DNA from: Planctomycetota bacterium
Lineage (GTDB): Bacteria; Planctomycetota; B15-G4
Reading direction: 5' to 3'
DNA length: 64,000 bases
Assembly: GCA_021604805.1 (NCBI GenBank)
Contig: BQJR01000004.1
Coordinates: 513,794 to 577,793, forward strand
The notes beneath the pieces were generated by a model. That model was given only the letters and a program-made list of their open reading frames with translations. It was not told the origin of the DNA and did not search any database. Below, piece by piece: positions 62,059 through 64,000 of the stretch (position 1 is its first letter; each line of letters starts with the position of its first letter). The translations under genes and the position numbers were made by a program.

Positions 62059-62508
62059 TCAGACCCCGAACTGTTTGAGGTGGTGGCAGAAGTGCTTGTA
62101 GGCCAGCCGTCCCCACTGATCGCCGCTGAGTGGGCCGAAGATCGGGTGCTTGCCCGTGAGTGGCAGCGGGCCGTTCTCCACGAGCGCGTCGAGCTCGCCG
62201 AGCAAGGCCTCGCGCTGCGCCTCGAACTCTTCGGCGTTCACCTCGGGCGTGAGGTAGGCGGGCGCCTTGACACCCTTCGGCAGCGGGATCGGGCCGATGA
62301 AAGCCCAGGCGATGAGCGAACGGTAGAGGCTGCTGCCGGGCGCCTTGCGCTGCGCATCGGGGTAGGCCAGCTGCAAGGCCTCGCGCAAGTGCCGCATGAG
62401 ACGCGCGGCGTCGAGCTTGCCCCAGCGCGGTTGCGTGTCGGGCGTGACCGCCGCCAGCCGCGCGTTGAGTTCGTCGAGCGAACCACCTTGGAACACGCTG
62501 CGCGTCAT
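62059..62508 (-). CDS. DinB-superfamily protein (DUF1569-like)
   Basis: 'PRWGKLDAARLMRHL' and the C-terminal 'HPIFGPLSGDQWGRLAYKHFCHHLKQFGV' are typical of DUF1569 as I recall it. The gene starts 4 nt after the glgC stop. Confidence 0.8.
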   Translation of the reverse strand: MTRSVFQGGSLDELNARLAAVTPDTQPRWGKLDAARLMRHLREALQLAYPDAQRKAPGSSLYRSLIAWAFIGPIPLPKGVKAPAYLTPEVNAEEFEAQREALLGELDALVENGPLPLTGKHPIFGPLSGDQWGRLAYKHFCHHLKQFGV

Positions 62509-62512
62509 CGCT

Positions 62513-63787
62513 TCAGATCACCGTGCCGTCGGGGATGACGGCGTCCTTCGGGATGATCACGATGCCGTCGCGGATGTAGTAGTTGTCGCCGTCGGCATCG
62601 AGCACGTTGGCCGCGTTCTCGATGCGCACGCCAGCGCCGATGCGGCAGTTCTTGTCGAGGATCGCGCGGCGGATGAGCGTGCCTTCACCGACGCCCAAGG
62701 GCGGCATGGCGCGCGCGGCGCAGGCGGCGCGTTCGGTTTCGGTCTCGTAGACATCGTTGCCCATCACGAGCGCGCCGTCGAGTTCCACGCCGTCGTGCAG
62801 GATCGAACGGATGCCGACCACCGAGCCTTCGATCTTCGCGCGTCCGATGATGCAACCTTCGGTGACGAGCGAGCGCGTGATCTGTGCCTCGTTGAAGCGC
62901 GTGGGCGAGAGGAAGCGCGGGCGCGTGTAGAGCGGGAACTCGGGATCGTAGAGCGCGAACTGACCGGGCTCGGCCAGCGCCAGGTTAGCGCGGTAGAACG
63001 AACCGATCGTGCCGATGTCTTCCCAGTACCCGCTGAAGTAGTGCGCCGCCACGCGGTAGCGATCGAGCGCAGCCGGGATGATCTCCTTGCCGAAGTCGTT
63101 GGCTTCGGGATGCGCGGCGAGCAACTCGTCGAGCACCCATGGCGAGAAGACGTAGATGCCCATGCTGGCGAGGTAGGGCGCGCCGAGTTCTTCGCCGTCG
63201 GCGGCGGCCGGCATGGTGTCCACGCGCATGGCGTGCAGCGCGTCGCCCTCGGGCTTCTCGGCGAAGCGCGTGACCATGCCCTCGGCATCGGCGTGCAGCA
63301 GGCCGAAGCTGCTGGCGAACTCCTCGGCCACCGGGCACACGGCGATGGTCACGTCGGCGTGACTCTCTTCGTGGCGACGGATGAAGCCCTCGTAGTTCAT
63401 GCGGTAGAGGTGATCACCGGCCAGGATCAACACGTGCTTCGTCTTGCCGTCGCGCACGTGACGCAGCGAACGGCGCACGGCATCGGCGGTGCCCTGGAAC
63501 CAGTTGCGGTTGCCCTGGGTCTGCTCCGCCGCGATCACCTCGACCAAGCTGCCCGAGAGCACACCGAAGTGATACGTGCGGCTGATGTGACGGTTGAGCG
63601 AGGCCGAGTTGAACTGCGTGAGCACGTGCATCCGCGTGATGCCGGAGTTGATGCAGTTGCTCAGCGGGATGTCGATCAGACGGATGCGGCCCGCGACGGG
63701 AACGGCGGGCTTGGCGCGGTCGCGCGTGAGCGGGAAGAGGCGCGAGCCTTGCCCGCCCCCCATGATCACGGCGGTGACGTCTTTCAA
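62513..63787 (-). CDS. glgC: Glucose-1-phosphate adenylyltransferase
   Basis: 'VIMGGGQGSRLFPLTRDRAKPAVPVAGRIRLIDIPLSNCINSGI', 'WFQGTADAV', 'FSGYWEDIGTI'. The TTG at 63787 was chosen because it overlaps the upstream stop (TTGA). The listed ATG at 63874 would overlap the upstream gene by ~90 nt. Confidence 0.9.
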   Translation of the reverse strand: MKDVTAVIMGGGQGSRLFPLTRDRAKPAVPVAGRIRLIDIPLSNCINSGITRMHVLTQFNSASLNRHISRTYHFGVLSGSLVEVIAAEQTQGNRNWFQGTADAVRRSLRHVRDGKTKHVLILAGDHLYRMNYEGFIRRHEESHADVTIAVCPVAEEFASSFGLLHADAEGMVTRFAEKPEGDALHAMRVDTMPAAADGEELGAPYLASMGIYVFSPWVLDELLAAHPEANDFGKEIIPAALDRYRVAAHYFSGYWEDIGTIGSFYRANLALAEPGQFALYDPEFPLYTRPRFLSPTRFNEAQITRSLVTEGCIIGRAKIEGSVVGIRSILHDGVELDGALVMGNDVYETETERAACAARAMPPLGVGEGTLIRRAILDKNCRIGAGVRIENAANVLDADGDNYYIRDGIVIIPKDAVIPDGTVI

Positions 63788-64000
63788 GGAATCCAGTCTG
63801 CGACGAACACGTTGGTCTCGCCGTGCTCGCTGCCGTTGCGGTTGCTCGCGAAGGCCAACTTGCTGCCGTCCCACGAGAACATCGGGAAGCCGTCGAAGCT
63901 CTCGTCGTTGTGCGTGATGCGCTCGGGCTCGCCACCGTCGAGCGACACCATCCAGATGTCGAAGATGCGTCCGCTCTCGCTGCCGATGTTGCTGGCGAAC
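63784..64000 (-). CDS. C-terminal fragment of a PD40/TolB-like beta-propeller protein (5' end outside window)
   Basis: The minus-strand translation from 63999 is FASNIGSESGRIFDIWMVSLDGGEPERITHNDESFDGFPMFSWDGSKLAFASNRNGSEHGETNVFVADWIP*. This is the PD40 repeat pattern. The fragment is not in the ORF track because it lacks a start in the window. Confidence 0.7.
   Translation of the reverse strand, partial: FASNIGSESGRIFDIWMVSLDGGEPERITHNDESFDGFPMFSWDGSKLAFASNRNGSEHGETNVFVADWIP

Overview
This is a very GC-rich bacterial chromosomal window, with third codon positions almost saturated with G/C. It is densely coding, with about 50 protein genes. I recognised no rRNA, tRNA, transposase, integrase or CRISPR array.

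Gene content fits a Gram-negative, envelope-rich heterotroph. There are many lipobox lipoproteins, an LpoB-like protein, a pseudopilin, a PD40/TolB-like protein and two large FG-GAP/VCBS proteins. Housekeeping genes (pepP, htpG, acs, glgC, addAB) are interspersed with accessory genes.

All functional calls come from motif recognition by eye on the supplied ORF translations. No database search or folding program was run.

Main points of interest:
1. A secreted thioredoxin-fold gene is split by an in-frame TGA exactly where the first Cys of its CxxC motif should be (W-W-TGA-L-F-C), with a hairpin just downstream. This is a candidate UxxC selenoprotein fused to a DsbD-alpha-like domain.
2. A composite long-hairpin repeat family has four copies. 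All four sit between convergent gene ends, the stem changes are compensatory, and each copy is flanked by short tandem-repeat arrays, including a perfect 62-bp x3 array.
3. A solitary CcmP/CsoS1D-class tandem-BMC shell protein gene lies next to envelope lipoprotein genes, with no other microcompartment gene in 64 kb.
4. A translationally coupled operon encodes methyltransferase, FAD oxidoreductase and type III PKS. The oxidoreductase carries a ~130-nt segment whose codon-position signature belongs to another frame.
5. A coupled operon encodes an AP-superfamily lipoprotein, a GT2-methyltransferase fusion and a large polytopic membrane protein.

Many long ORFs in the six-frame track are GC-driven shadow ORFs and were not called.
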